From: Bacteroidetes bacterium GWF2_29_10
GTDB taxonomy: Bacteria > Bacteroidota > Bacteroidia > Bacteroidales > GWE2-29-8
Reading direction: 5' to 3'
DNA length: 64,000 nucleotides
Assembly (NCBI GenBank): GCA_001768555.1
Contig: MEOD01000084.1
Coordinates: forward strand, 175 to 64,174
Shown: positions 8,220-19,009 of the stretch, in pieces
Position numbering within the stretch: position 1 is the first letter of the stretch
How the letters are laid out: every line of letters begins with the position of its first letter
Position numbers and translations under genes: made by a program
Notes under the pieces: model-generated
What the model saw: the letters and a program-made list of their open reading frames with translations, nothing else
Told to the model about the DNA's origin: nothing
The model's database searches: none

Positions 8220-8427
8220 TTTCTCTCATTTTTCTTAAATGTCTTGTTTGCCAAATACTCCTATAGCGATAAAGTCTGTACAACTTAACAAAATATTTAA
8301 TATCCAATGATTTCTTTTGTGAGACAATTAAAAATGCAATAAACTTTATAACTACTGCAACTCCAAAAGAAATGAGAGCAGTAATAAAAAACATAAGTAC
8401 GGTAATACCAATAATATTTTCCATCAT
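8188..8427 (-). CDS. Small single-TM protein, probable decarboxylase gamma/delta-like subunit
   Basis: N-terminal TM helix then basic tail; immediately upstream of and overlapping the beta subunit. Confidence 0.5.
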   Translation of the reverse strand: MMENIIGITVLMFFITALISFGVAVVIKFIAFLIVSQKKSLDIKYFVKLYRLYRYRSIWQTRHLRKMRENDEFEMYENI

Positions 8428-8540
8428 TCAATAAATTAAAATTAAATAAATAAAACAACAACAAACGGATTGCTTGTTGCCTGTAATGTGTATATCCTTT
8501 ATTATAAAATAAAGAATATATTAAAAAAGGGAAGATAATT

Positions 8541-8882
8541 TTAAATAATGAGCCGCAATATGAATATATTAATGTCTTTACTTATTGTAACTGCTTTTGC
8601 TGTTAAAAGTAGTTTATTACTAAAACAATAAATTGAAGAAATATTATATTCTATTTTCTTAATACAAATTGGTTTATAATCAATATTGAAATCATTTTTC
8701 TTAATTAAAGAGCAATCATAAAATAAAGGCTTGTGTTCAGTCTTATTTAATTTATAAAGGCATGTTTCTTTTTGAATATCACAAATTCTATCTTTTTTTA
8801 AATTATTTATGCTGCATTCTCCAAATAATAATCCATTTAGAGAAAAAATAAACAATAAAAATGTGATAAAAATGCGTGCCAT
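8541..8882 (-). CDS. Hypothetical small exported protein or leader-type ORF
   Basis: Hydrophobic N-terminus, Cys-rich middle; TACATTTG promoter box at 8909-8916 upstream. Confidence 0.45.
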   Translation of the reverse strand: MARIFITFLLFIFSLNGLLFGECSINNLKKDRICDIQKETCLYKLNKTEHKPLFYDCSLIKKNDFNIDYKPICIKKIEYNISSIYCFSNKLLLTAKAVTISKDINIFILRLII

Positions 8883-9165
8883 ATATTTTTGTAGTCTGAT
8901 TTGAAATGCAAATGTAAATCAATTTTTTTTATCATATACAAACAACTAAAAATAAAATAATCTTGTGTAATAAAAAAAATCAAACATAGTATTTTATTCA
9001 AAAATAAATATTTTTTATTACATCCAATTAATGCTTTTTTACTTTTGTGATGCTTAGTAAATAAGTAAAGGATTTACAAATAATAAATAATCTTTTTGTT
9101 TAATTTATGATTGGTGTAAAAAAAATGAAAAAAAAAATAAAAAGATTAGTATTTTTTTTACAAAA

Positions 9166-9199
9166 TTTGCAGACTTTAAAAAAAATTAAAGTAGGTTTG
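9166..9199 (+). promoter_or_regulatory. secA promoter (-33 TTTG, -7 TAGGTTTG)
   Basis: TTTG 9166-9169, TAGGTTTG 9192-9199, 30 nt upstream of ATG. Confidence 0.6.
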
Positions 9200-9228
9200 T
9201 ATCATATTAAGAAAAATAAAGTTTTATT

Positions 9229-12200
9229 ATGTTTGAATTTTTGAATAAACTGTTTGGGAGCAAATCAGATAGAGATGTAAAGTCAATGATGCCTTATATT
9301 GAGGAGATACATAAAATTACAGAGGAACTAAAGAATTTATCAAATGATGAATTGCGAGAAAGATCGAATAATCTAAAATTAAGAATAAAAGAATATATAA
9401 AAGAAGAAGCAGATGAAATAAAGAGTTTAAAGGAATCAATAGAGAAAAACCCTGATGTTTCAAATGAAGAAAAACTTACTACTTACAAGGAAATAGAGAG
9501 ACTTGAAAAGGTAGAAACAAAGAAAATAGAAGAAGTTCTTTTAGAGATATTACCAGAAGCATTCGCAATAGTAAAGGAAACTGCGAAAAGATATGTTGAA
9601 AATGATTATTTGGAAGTTACATCAACGCAATATGACAGAGATTTGTCAATCGTTAAGCAAAATGTTAAGATAGTTAACGATAAGGCTCAATATCATAACA
9701 CATGGACAGCTGGAGGAAATATGGTTAAGTGGGATATGGTGCATTACGATGTTCAGCTTATAGGAGGTATTGCATTACATTTAGGTAAAATTTCGGAAAT
9801 GGCAACAGGTGAGGGAAAAACTCTTGTTGCAACATTGGCCGTGTTTTTAAATGCGTTAACAGGAAGAGGGGTACATATTGTTACAGTAAATGATTATTTG
9901 GCAAAACGTGACTCTGAGTGGATGGGGCCTTTATATGAGTTTCATCAATTAACAGTTGACTGTATAGATAAGCATAATCCGCATTCAGATGAGAGGAAGA
10001 AAGCTTATATGGCAGATATTACTTTTGGAACAAATAATGAGTTTGGGTTTGATTACCTTAGAGATAACACAGCAATAAGTCCTGATGAGATAGTTCAACG
10101 AGTGCATAATTATGCTATAGTTGATGAGGTTGACTCTGTTCTTATTGATGATGCGAGGACACCGTTAATTATTTCAGGGCCTACCCCAATGGGTGATAAG
10201 CATGAGTTTTATGAGTTGAAAGTGCAGGTTGATAAACTATACAATGCACAAAAGGCTCTTATAACACAAATTATTCAGGACTTTAGAAAAATAACAAGTG
10301 AAAAGTCTATTAAAGATTGGGAAAAAGAAGCAGGAAAGTTATTGCTTAGAGCATCAAGAGGTTTGCCAAAAAATAAGGTTACAATAAAGATATTAAGTGA
10401 AGCCGGAAACAGAACGTTGATGCAAAAGACGGAGAATTTTTACATGCAGGATCAAAATAAGCAAATGCCTGTGATTGATGATGATTTGTTTTTTGTAATT
10501 GATGAAAAGGTTAACTCCATAGAAATGACTGATAAGGGAATTGACCTTATTACAGCAGCAACAGATGAGCCTAATTTCTTTATTATACCAGATGTTGGGT
10601 CAGAAATAGCCGATTTGGAGAAAAATACAACTATGTCTGCACATGAAAAATTGAAACATAAAGAAGAATTATTGAGAGATTTTTCATTAAAGTCAGGAAG
10701 AATACATACGGTAAATCAGTTGCTTAAAGCATACGCAATGTTTGAGAAAGATGTAGAGTACGTAATAATGGATAACCAGATTCGTATTGTTGATGAGCAA
10801 ACAGGTCGTGTACTTGAAGGAAGAAGATACTCCGATGGTTTGCATCAAGCAATTGAGGCAAAAGAAAATGTGAAGGTTGAAGCAGCAACACAAACTTATG
10901 CAACAATTTCTTTGCAAAACTACTTTAGGATGTACAAGAAATTGGCAGGTATGACAGGAACTGCCGAAACAGAAGCAGGAGAGTTCTGGGATATTTACAA
11001 GCTAGATGTTGTTGTTATTCCAACTAATAAACCTTTAGTAAGAAAAGACTCCGAAGATAAAGTGTTTCGTACAAAGAGAGAGAAGTATAAAGCAGTTATA
11101 GAAGAGATTGAAAGTATTGTAAAAGCAAATCGTCCAGTTCTAGTTGGAACAACTTCAGTTGAGGTTTCAGAATTATTAAGCAAGATGCTAAAGCTAAAAG
11201 GCATAAAGCATAATGTTTTGAATGCAAAATTACATAAGAGAGAAGCAGATATAGTTGCAGAAGCTGGTCAGGCAAAAACAGTTACTATAGCAACGAATAT
11301 GGCAGGACGGGGAACGGATATTAAGCTTGGTGAAGGAGTTAAGAATGCAGGAGGACTTGCTATCATTGGAACAGAAAGACATGAGTCAAGACGTGTTGAC
11401 AGACAGTTAAGGGGTAGGGCAGGCCGTCAGGGAGATCCAGGTTCATCACTATTTTTTGTATCATTAGAAGATGAATTGATGCGATTATTTGGCTCGGAAC
11501 GAATGGCCAAAATAATGGATAGATTAGGATTGAAAGAAGGGGAGGTTATTCAGCATTCAATGATTACAAAATCTATAGAAAGAGCTCAAAGGAAAGTCGA
11601 AGAAAATAACTTTGGAATGAGAAAACGTTTGCTTGAATATGACGACGTTATGAATACTCAAAGAGAAGTTATTTACAACAAAAGACGTAATGCCCTTTAT
11701 GGGGAAAAACTATCAATAGATATTGAAAATGTCATAAAAGATATTTGCCTAGAAATAATTGCAGAAACTAAAGAATATAGAGATCTTGATGCATTTAAAA
11801 TAGAAGTATTGAGAATGTTTGGAGTTAATTATGAGATTGAATCTGATGATTTCTTTAATATTAAAACGGATGTGCTGACTCAGTCAGTATTTGAAGCTGC
11901 TTATGAAAACTATATACAGAAAAAACAAATAATATCAGAAAGAGCCTTCCCTTTTATAAAAAATGTATATGAAAATAATTCACAACAATATAAAAACATC
12001 GTGTTTCCTATAACAGATGGAACAAAAGTACTTCAAGTTGTTTGTAATTTAGAAAAATCATACACATCTAAAGGAAAAGAATTAGTTATTGAATATGAAA
12101 AGACCATTAATTTAGCCGTAATAGATGAGGAATGGAGAGAACATCTAAGAGAGCTTGATGACTTGAAACAATCTGTACACAATGCTTCTTATGAACAAAA

Positions 12201-12513
12201 AGATCCTCTTTTAATTTACAAATTGGAATCATTCAATCTTTTCAAAACAATGATATCTAAAATTAATAGGAATGTTATTTCATTCTTGTATAAAGCAGAT
12301 ATTCCTATTGAAGAATCAAAGACTGTTAAAGATGCTCCTATAAAAAAGGTTGACCACAGTAAATTAACAACAAGCAGGGCTAATGATTTAGTAGCTAACA
12401 CTGCTCCACAGGAAGAAAAACGACAACCTATAATTGCAGAGAAAAAAGTGGGGAGAAATGACTTATGCCCTTGTGGAAGTGGGAAAAAATATAAACATTG
12501 TCACGGTCAATAA
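9229..12513 (+). CDS. secA: Preprotein translocase subunit SecA
   Basis: [38 protein letters not shown]-terminal SEC-C ([19 protein letters not shown]). Confidence 0.99.
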   Translation: MFEFLNKLFGSKSDRDVKSMMPYIEEIHKITEELKNLSNDELRERSNNLKLRIKEYIKEEADEIKSLKESIEKNPDVSNEEKLTTYKEIERLEKVETKKIEEVLLEILPEAFAIVKETAKRYVENDYLEVTSTQYDRDLSIVKQNVKIVNDKAQYHNTWTAGGNMVKWDMVHYDVQLIGGIALHLGKISEMATGEGKTLVATLAVFLNALTGRGVHIVTVNDYLAKRDSEWMGPLYEFHQLTVDCIDKHNPHSDERKKAYMADITFGTNNEFGFDYLRDNTAISPDEIVQRVHNYAIVDEVDSVLIDDARTPLIISGPTPMGDKHEFYELKVQVDKLYNAQKALITQIIQDFRKITSEKSIKDWEKEAGKLLLRASRGLPKNKVTIKILSEAGNRTLMQKTENFYMQDQNKQMPVIDDDLFFVIDEKVNSIEMTDKGIDLITAATDEPNFFIIPDVGSEIADLEKNTTMSAHEKLKHKEELLRDFSLKSGRIHTVNQLLKAYAMFEKDVEYVIMDNQIRIVDEQTGRVLEGRRYSDGLHQAIEAKENVKVEAATQTYATISLQNYFRMYKKLAGMTGTAETEAGEFWDIYKLDVVVIPTNKPLVRKDSEDKVFRTKREKYKAVIEEIESIVKANRPVLVGTTSVEVSELLSKMLKLKGIKHNVLNAKLHKREADIVAEAGQAKTVTIATNMAGRGTDIKLGEGVKNAGGLAIIGTERHESRRVDRQLRGRAGRQGDPGSSLFFVSLEDELMRLFGSERMAKIMDRLGLKEGEVIQHSMITKSIERAQRKVEENNFGMRKRLLEYDDVMNTQREVIYNKRRNALYGEKLSIDIENVIKDICLEIIAETKEYRDLDAFKIEVLRMFGVNYEIESDDFFNIKTDVLTQSVFEAAYENYIQKKQIISERAFPFIKNVYENNSQQYKNIVFPITDGTKVLQVVCNLEKSYTSKGKELVIEYEKTINLAVIDEEWREHLRELDDLKQSVHNASYEQKDPLLIYKLESFNLFKTMISKINRNVISFLYKADIPIEESKTVKDAPIKKVDHSKLTTSRANDLVANTAPQEEKRQPIIAEKKVGRNDLCPCGSGKKYKHCHGQ

Positions 12514-12539
12514 ATAAACAATAATAATAATACCTAGTC

Positions 12540-13691
12540 ATGGGACATTACGACGAAATACGACCATATTATGATTCGGAAGTTAATCATGTTCTAAATG
12601 GTCTTTTTACGCAAGATATCATTCAAAAGATATTATTACATTTTTATCCAAATGCGAATATGGATGAATTGATTGGAAAGCTATCAAAGATTTCATCAAT
12701 CAATGAATTTCAATCGCACATTATACAACCTTTAGTCAAGATGACTATTGATAAAAGTATAAATAATTTCACTTGTAAAGGAATTGAAAATTTACAAAAG
12801 GATAAATCATATCTATTCATCTCAAACCATAGAGACATTATATTAGACTCTGCTCTAATAAACATGCTTTTACATACTAATGGATTTGGAACAACAGAAA
12901 TTGCAATAGGCAGTAACTTGCTTATATATCCATGGATTGTTGATATTGTCAAGCTAAATAGAAGCTTTGTTGTAAATAGAAATGTGCCTATAAAAGAAAT
13001 GTATAATTACTCTTTATTGCTTTCTTCTTACATCAGATATACTTTGTTAGAGAAAAGAACTAGTATATGGATTGCACAAAGAGAAGGTCGTACAAAAGAT
13101 GGAGACGACCGCACTCAACCTTCTTTGTTAAAAATGCTAAGCATTAGTGGTGACGAGAATATTTTTGATAATATTTCAAAACTAAACATTGTGCCTATAT
13201 CTATTTCATATGAATATGAACCTTGCGATATATATAAAACGAAAGTTGCATATTTCGCTTCGCAAGAGCAAAAATATGAAAAGACTAAAGGTGATGATAT
13301 TGAAAGCATGAGGCTTGGTATTGCTAATCAAAAAGGAAATGTTAATATTACATTTTGCACACCTCTTATTGAGGGAGAAGAATTGAATATTCTTAAAAAA
13401 TCGGGAAGTATCAATGAAGGTTTAAAAGAATTAGCAAAAATAATAGATTCTCAAATACATTCAAACTTCAACTTAAATCCAAACAATTATATCGCATCAG
13501 ATTTAATAAACGACCAAAATACATATAGTCAACATTACACTGAAGAAGAAAAAGAAAAATTCTCTGACTATGTAAACAAACAAATTAATTTGCTTGAAAT
13601 TGAAGATAAGGTTGCATTAAAGAATATTTTCTTAAAGATATATGAAAATCCTCTTGTTAATTATTTAGCAACAAAGAAAATAACAATATAA
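12540..13691 (+). CDS. Glycerolipid acyltransferase (PlsC/GPAT-like)
   Basis: NHRDIILD (HxxxxD) and WIAQREGRTKDG motifs. Confidence 0.85.
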   Translation: MGHYDEIRPYYDSEVNHVLNGLFTQDIIQKILLHFYPNANMDELIGKLSKISSINEFQSHIIQPLVKMTIDKSINNFTCKGIENLQKDKSYLFISNHRDIILDSALINMLLHTNGFGTTEIAIGSNLLIYPWIVDIVKLNRSFVVNRNVPIKEMYNYSLLLSSYIRYTLLEKRTSIWIAQREGRTKDGDDRTQPSLLKMLSISGDENIFDNISKLNIVPISISYEYEPCDIYKTKVAYFASQEQKYEKTKGDDIESMRLGIANQKGNVNITFCTPLIEGEELNILKKSGSINEGLKELAKIIDSQIHSNFNLNPNNYIASDLINDQNTYSQHYTEEEKEKFSDYVNKQINLLEIEDKVALKNIFLKIYENPLVNYLATKKITI

Positions 13692-13696
13692 TAATT

Positions 13697-14164
13697 ATGA
13701 AAGCAAAATTTATAGAAGAAAACAAGGATGAATTTATTAACAATGTGCTAAGCAAGTGCGAAGCCTGCACTGTTGGGATGGTTGATTTAGATGGCAATCC
13801 ATATGTTCTTCCATTTAATTTTGGTTACAAAGATGGGGTTTTATATATTCATTCAGGCAAGGGTGGGAAAAAAGAAGGCATACTTAAAGTGAATAATAAA
13901 GTTTGTGTTAGCTTTTCAACCGATCATGAAATGCGAATACAAAACCCAGACATAGCTTGTTCTTGGAGTATGAAATACCGTAGCGTGCTTTTGGATGGAT
14001 TGTTAACATTTGTGGATGATTTTGATGAAAAGTGTAAAGCTTTAAATATTATAATGGACCATTATGCAAAGAAAGAGTTTACTTTTTCAAAGCCAGCTGT
14101 AAACAATGTTAATGTAATGAAAATTGAAATTATAAAAATTACAGCAAAAGAGTTTGGTTATTAA
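13697..14164 (+). CDS. Pyridoxamine 5'-phosphate oxidase-family flavin-binding protein (NimA-like)
   Basis: PYVLPFNFGY, LYIHSGKGGKK, NNKVCVSF, MKYRSVL. Confidence 0.85.
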   Translation: MKAKFIEENKDEFINNVLSKCEACTVGMVDLDGNPYVLPFNFGYKDGVLYIHSGKGGKKEGILKVNNKVCVSFSTDHEMRIQNPDIACSWSMKYRSVLLDGLLTFVDDFDEKCKALNIIMDHYAKKEFTFSKPAVNNVNVMKIEIIKITAKEFGY

Positions 14165-14186
14165 TTATTACAAACGAAAATAAGAA

Positions 14187-15164
14187 ATGGGAAACTTCTT
14201 TAAGAAACTAACAGCTAATATTTTTAGAAGTTTTTACAAAGGAGACAAGAAAGAATATAGCTATAAATATGGGAAGGAATTTTATAGATGGAGAGTCAAC
14301 CTTGAACATTTAATAAAAGATGCTCTTCTTATTTCTTTTGGAGTTGTTTTAGCTGGGTTTGGGCTCAAAGGATTTGTTTTACCTAATGCTTTCTTTGATG
14401 GAGGAGTTACTGGAATATCTTTAATTGTAAACCAACTAACTAATATATCCGTATCTTTTCTTATAGTTGTAATTAACTTACCATTTATATTCTTAGGGTT
14501 TAAGCAAATGGGAAAAGAGTTTGCAATAAAAAGCATTCTTGCAATATTTCTTTTAGCAATGGCTATTTATTTTATTGACTATCCCATAATAACTAATGAC
14601 AAACTTTTAATATCTTTCTTTGGAGGTTTTTTTCTTGGCATTGGCATAGGTTTTTCAATAAGGGGTGGTGCAGTGTTAGATGGAACTGAAATTATAGCTA
14701 TTTATATTAGTAAAAAGACGAGTTTAACTATTGGTGATGTCATTCTAATTTTTAATATTGTTATTTTTTCATTCGTTGCTGCTTTTTTCTCTATAGAAAC
14801 AGCAATGTACTCTGTACTTATATATTTTTCAGCATCCAAAACTGTTGACTATATTATTGAGGGTATTGACGAATATAGCGGGGCAACAATCGTTTCTAAT
14901 CATAGTAATGAGATTAGAGTAATGCTTATAGAGAAAATGCATTGTGGAGTGACTATATACTCAGGAAAAAGAGGATATGGAAAAAGAGGAGACACTCTTA
15001 ATGATATTGAAATAATATACACTGTTATTACCAGACTCGAAATAGGACGATTAAAATCTGAAATAGCAAAAATTGACCCTCATGCTTTTATGACATTGAG
15101 CAGCATAAAAGACACAAAAGGTGGTGTTATTAAGAAAAAATCTTTAAAACACAACAGTCATTAA
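14187..15164 (+). CDS. YitT family membrane protein with C-terminal DUF2179
   Basis: DGGVTGISL, GGAVLDGTEI, IDPHAFM. Confidence 0.9.
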   Translation: MGNFFKKLTANIFRSFYKGDKKEYSYKYGKEFYRWRVNLEHLIKDALLISFGVVLAGFGLKGFVLPNAFFDGGVTGISLIVNQLTNISVSFLIVVINLPFIFLGFKQMGKEFAIKSILAIFLLAMAIYFIDYPIITNDKLLISFFGGFFLGIGIGFSIRGGAVLDGTEIIAIYISKKTSLTIGDVILIFNIVIFSFVAAFFSIETAMYSVLIYFSASKTVDYIIEGIDEYSGATIVSNHSNEIRVMLIEKMHCGVTIYSGKRGYGKRGDTLNDIEIIYTVITRLEIGRLKSEIAKIDPHAFMTLSSIKDTKGGVIKKKSLKHNSH

Positions 15165-16294
15165 TTGTTTATAATTTTCTTCAAAATATTTGCATTATAA
15201 TTGTTTGCAAACCCATTTTCTAATAATAATTGCTTTCTTTCTTCAATATCCTCAAATGAAAAAGGCTTATTATATAAAGCATTCAGTTTTTCAATAAACT
15301 CATTTGGTTCATTTGCTATATGACATAATTTTTCCAAACCTGTATCAACAACCATGTAGTTATTGACCAAACAATGTCGACCATTAAATAATGCTGCCAG
15401 CAATTTAAGTTTAATCCCCGTTGCTTGAAAAGTTGGTAGAATGTTAATTTGAGCTTCTTTTATTAGTTGATATATATATTCTGTTGTGATATTTGTTTTC
15501 AATGTAATATGGTCATACTTTTCCACAGCATTTTTCAATTCAGAAGACGCCTTATTTCCAGCAATAACAAATGGTATGTTTATTTTAGAAAAAACTTCTT
15601 CTATAAGAAACAATGCGGCCTTATTGTTTTCTCCAATATTGAGCGAGCCATGATATAAAACAAAATTTCCTTTGTCAGGGCTTATTAGTACATCGTCATT
15701 TGGATGAAAAGCAGAAATAAGAACAGTATTTTTATATTTTTTATCGAAGTATTGCATATCATTCTTTGAAATGACTGCAATATGGTCTGCATAATTAAGC
15801 ACTGATTCAAATGTTTTCAGTTTAGAAGCTTCATTTAGAAAGTAATATTTTTTGAATATATTACGTTCAACGCTTGCTAAGTTATTATAATATTCATGCT
15901 CAATATTATGAGTTCTTACTATTTTCTTTCGTGTTTTTAATTGTTTTTCGTCAAGATAAAAGCAAGAATGCAAACCTTCAAATATAATAGGATAATTATC
16001 TTTCAATAAATTATCCAACAGCTCTTTTGAATTTCGGCTTGCTACAATGTATGGCTTAGTCTTGAATAAATTAGTTTTTGAAATATGCCTTTCATAATAA
16101 TAAACCTTTTGACAATACTTTTCCAATTCTTCTTGTCGTTTTCTTCCATATTCATAGCAATGGAGAATTATATTAAGACCTAAAGAACGAAGTGTTTTAA
16201 TTTTAAAGAAAACATCAATAACGCCTCCGTAATCTGCAGGAAATGGTATATCAAAAGATATAATGTGGATAGTTTTATTAGTTGATCGAGTCAT
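15161..16294 (-). CDS. Glycosyltransferase (GT-B, GT4-like)
   Basis: PFPADYGGVIDVFFKIK, FEGLHSC, HNIEHEYY, TGIKLKLLAAL. Confidence 0.8.
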   Translation of the reverse strand: MTRSTNKTIHIISFDIPFPADYGGVIDVFFKIKTLRSLGLNIILHCYEYGRKRQEELEKYCQKVYYYERHISKTNLFKTKPYIVASRNSKELLDNLLKDNYPIIFEGLHSCFYLDEKQLKTRKKIVRTHNIEHEYYNNLASVERNIFKKYYFLNEASKLKTFESVLNYADHIAVISKNDMQYFDKKYKNTVLISAFHPNDDVLISPDKGNFVLYHGSLNIGENNKAALFLIEEVFSKINIPFVIAGNKASSELKNAVEKYDHITLKTNITTEYIYQLIKEAQINILPTFQATGIKLKLLAALFNGRHCLVNNYMVVDTGLEKLCHIANEPNEFIEKLNALYNKPFSFEDIEERKQLLLENGFANNYNANILKKIINN

Positions 16295-17387
16295 TAATAA
16301 AATTGGTTAGTTTTATTTTTTCATTATTCCATGAATATTTTTCTTTTGCAATATTAACAGAACTTTTTAACATAGAGTATAATTCTTGACTATTTAACAA
16401 TTCTTTAATAGATGTTGCAATGCTTTTTGGTGTGCTATCTAAAATTACAATACCCAAATTATTATCTTTAACAAAACTTGCCATTTCAGGCATATTGCTA
16501 ACTATAACAGGAATACTCGCTTGAATATAACTAAACAATTTATTTGGTAAACAATAGCGATAATTAATATTGCTGTCCTTCTCTAGCGAAACTCCCATTA
16601 GGGCTTTTGACGTAATCCTATTAATATTTGAATTGCTGTAACGACCCGTAAAAAACACTCTATTCTCTAAATTCAGTACTTTAACCAATCTGATTAACTC
16701 TTTATCAATATCTCCTGTACCAGCAATAACAAGGCCTAAGTCTTCTGCCACAAATGGCATTGCTTGTATTAATTCTTCCAAACCTCTGTCCTTGTTCAAT
16801 GCTCCCTGATAGATTATATATTTGGCAAAAGGAACAACTATTTGATGTTTATTATCATTCCGTTCAAAGCATTCAGCGGGAATATTCCTTATAACGACAG
16901 GTTTTATTCCATATTCTTTATTAAACATATCTGCAATGCTGTATGAAACTGTAATATGGTATTTGATTTTTGGATATATCCATCTTTCTATAAATTTCCA
17001 TATTGATTTAACTATGCCACGACCATTTAACTCTGGAACACCAGTGAAGTATTCATGACTATCTATAATCATTGGTTTCCTTTTTATTAATGATGATAAA
17101 TAACTGCCTAGCACGGTGTCCAAATCATTTGCAAAGAGAAAATCACTATTCTCTTTTAACAAAAGAAAAAACAATCGTAGATTAAACTCCAAATAGAATA
17201 AAAACGAACGATCAAAAAATAAATTAAAGCGCTTAATTTTAAAAGAGGGGGAATAATCAATATTACTATTGCGTCTTATTACACCAACAACTAAAACATC
17301 AATCCCAATGTCAATCAAACTATTAACAGAACGCTTTAAGCGCTCATCTGTTTCAATGTCATTTGTAACAAAAATTATTACCCTCAA
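16278..17387 (-). CDS. Glycosyltransferase family 4
   Basis: DSHEYF, YQGALNKDRGLEELI, PNKLFSYIQASIPVIVS. Confidence 0.88.
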   Translation of the reverse strand: MRVIIFVTNDIETDERLKRSVNSLIDIGIDVLVVGVIRRNSNIDYSPSFKIKRFNLFFDRSFLFYLEFNLRLFFLLLKENSDFLFANDLDTVLGSYLSSLIKRKPMIIDSHEYFTGVPELNGRGIVKSIWKFIERWIYPKIKYHITVSYSIADMFNKEYGIKPVVIRNIPAECFERNDNKHQIVVPFAKYIIYQGALNKDRGLEELIQAMPFVAEDLGLVIAGTGDIDKELIRLVKVLNLENRVFFTGRYSNSNINRITSKALMGVSLEKDSNINYRYCLPNKLFSYIQASIPVIVSNMPEMASFVKDNNLGIVILDSTPKSIATSIKELLNSQELYSMLKSSVNIAKEKYSWNNEKIKLTNFINDSIN

Positions 17388-17417
17388 AATTTTTAATAAG
17401 TTTAAATATAGAAGACC

Positions 17418-18971
17418 TTATAATACTTTTTTTACTGTATCTATGACCGTTCCATCGACCCATTTAACAACAGCCACAACTTCATCTGACAAGTTTGCTT
17501 TTGCTGGTTTACCACAAATCTTTTCGCCTTCCTCTTTTAGCTGTTCGATTGGTTTTATTGGCAATTTTGATTTTTTCATTTTGTCAATCAAGTCTTCTCT
17601 TAACGGATTTATAGCAATACCTCGCTCCGTAACTATGACATCAACCAATTCGCCTGGACCGCAAATTGTAGTTACATCATCTTTTATTACAGGAATTCTA
17701 TCTCTAAACAATGGGATTGGGATTATCGTACATTTTGAAAAAGCACAATTTTGCCATCCCCCAATTCCATGTAGTAAGTAGCCATCTGAATGAGTAACAA
17801 CATTTCCATTAAATTTAGTGTCTATTTCTGTTGCTCCTAGAATAAGCACATCCATCATTGTTGTGTAATTCCCTTTTGAATGGTAATTATAACAATTAAA
17901 TATAGAAATATCAAAGTGATTCTTATTGTCTCTCATTGAACGAACTGCCTCCAAATCAAATGTCTGAGCATCCAATATATATTCTAAATAACCTTCTTCT
18001 AGCATTTGAACCATATATTTGGTGCTGCCTCCAACCGCAAAACGAGCTTTCATTTTCTTTTCTTTCAATAATTTATGAAAATAAACGCCTATTGCCAAAG
18101 ATGTTCCTCCTGCTCCTGCTTGAAAAGAGAATCCATCTTTTATAATTCCAGCCTCATCACAAAATTGAGCAGTCATTTGTGCTAAAAGTAAGCGGTCTGG
18201 GCTTTTTGTGATATTTGTTGTGCCTGAAACTATCTTTTCTGGAATACCTATCTTATCCACTACCACAACTGAATCTACAAAATTCCCAACAACTTGCATT
18301 GGGAAACATGGAAATGGAATTATATTATCTGTAACAATGATAACATTTTCAGCATATTGATAATCGCCCAAAGCGTACCCCAAACCTCCACACGCTGAAG
18401 GACCATACAAACCGTTTGCATTACCAAAAGGATCACTTGTTGGAGCAGCTATCACTGCAATATCTATTTTAACCTCGCCATCTTGAATTGCCTGATAACG
18501 ACCTCCATGTGAACGCAACACTGCTGTTGTTTTCATTTTACCTTCCGAGCAATAACGCCCTAAGGCGCCATTCATACTTCCTTCTATTCTGCTTATTGTG
18601 CCATTATCTAAATACTCTATAATGGCTTCATGACATGGAAAAGATGCGGATGGAAACCAAACCAAATCCTTTATTCCCAAATCAGATGCTATTTTAAAAA
18701 TCTCATTCGCAACCAAATCACCATCTCTTAAATGATGGTGAGTAGAGATTACCATTCCATTTGAAAGACCTGCTTTAAGTAGCGCAGATTTCAATGTTGG
18801 TAATATTTTGTTACCATCTTTTGGGTAATTTGCAGCGCACTTTATCTTTGGAGCATAAACATTGCCTTTTGCTTCATATTTATTAACTCCCATGTATGGT
18901 ATTGCCGCTTGCCCATTTATTTCTGTTGGAACACTTTTTCCTAATGCGTTTTTTACAAATTCATTTTTCAT
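17418..18971 (-). CDS. citF: Citrate lyase alpha subunit (citrate:acetyl-ACP transferase) family
   Basis: ISTHHHLRDGD, LRSHGGRYQAIQDGE, FSFQAGAGG, GIGGWQ, VDVIVTERGIAINP. Confidence 0.9.
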   Translation of the reverse strand: MKNEFVKNALGKSVPTEINGQAAIPYMGVNKYEAKGNVYAPKIKCAANYPKDGNKILPTLKSALLKAGLSNGMVISTHHHLRDGDLVANEIFKIASDLGIKDLVWFPSASFPCHEAIIEYLDNGTISRIEGSMNGALGRYCSEGKMKTTAVLRSHGGRYQAIQDGEVKIDIAVIAAPTSDPFGNANGLYGPSACGGLGYALGDYQYAENVIIVTDNIIPFPCFPMQVVGNFVDSVVVVDKIGIPEKIVSGTTNITKSPDRLLLAQMTAQFCDEAGIIKDGFSFQAGAGGTSLAIGVYFHKLLKEKKMKARFAVGGSTKYMVQMLEEGYLEYILDAQTFDLEAVRSMRDNKNHFDISIFNCYNYHSKGNYTTMMDVLILGATEIDTKFNGNVVTHSDGYLLHGIGGWQNCAFSKCTIIPIPLFRDRIPVIKDDVTTICGPGELVDVIVTERGIAINPLREDLIDKMKKSKLPIKPIEQLKEEGEKICGKPAKANLSDEVVAVVKWVDGTVIDTVKKVL

Positions 18972-19009
18972 CTCTGATAATTTTAAATAAAAAGTATAAA
19001 ATTAAAAAA

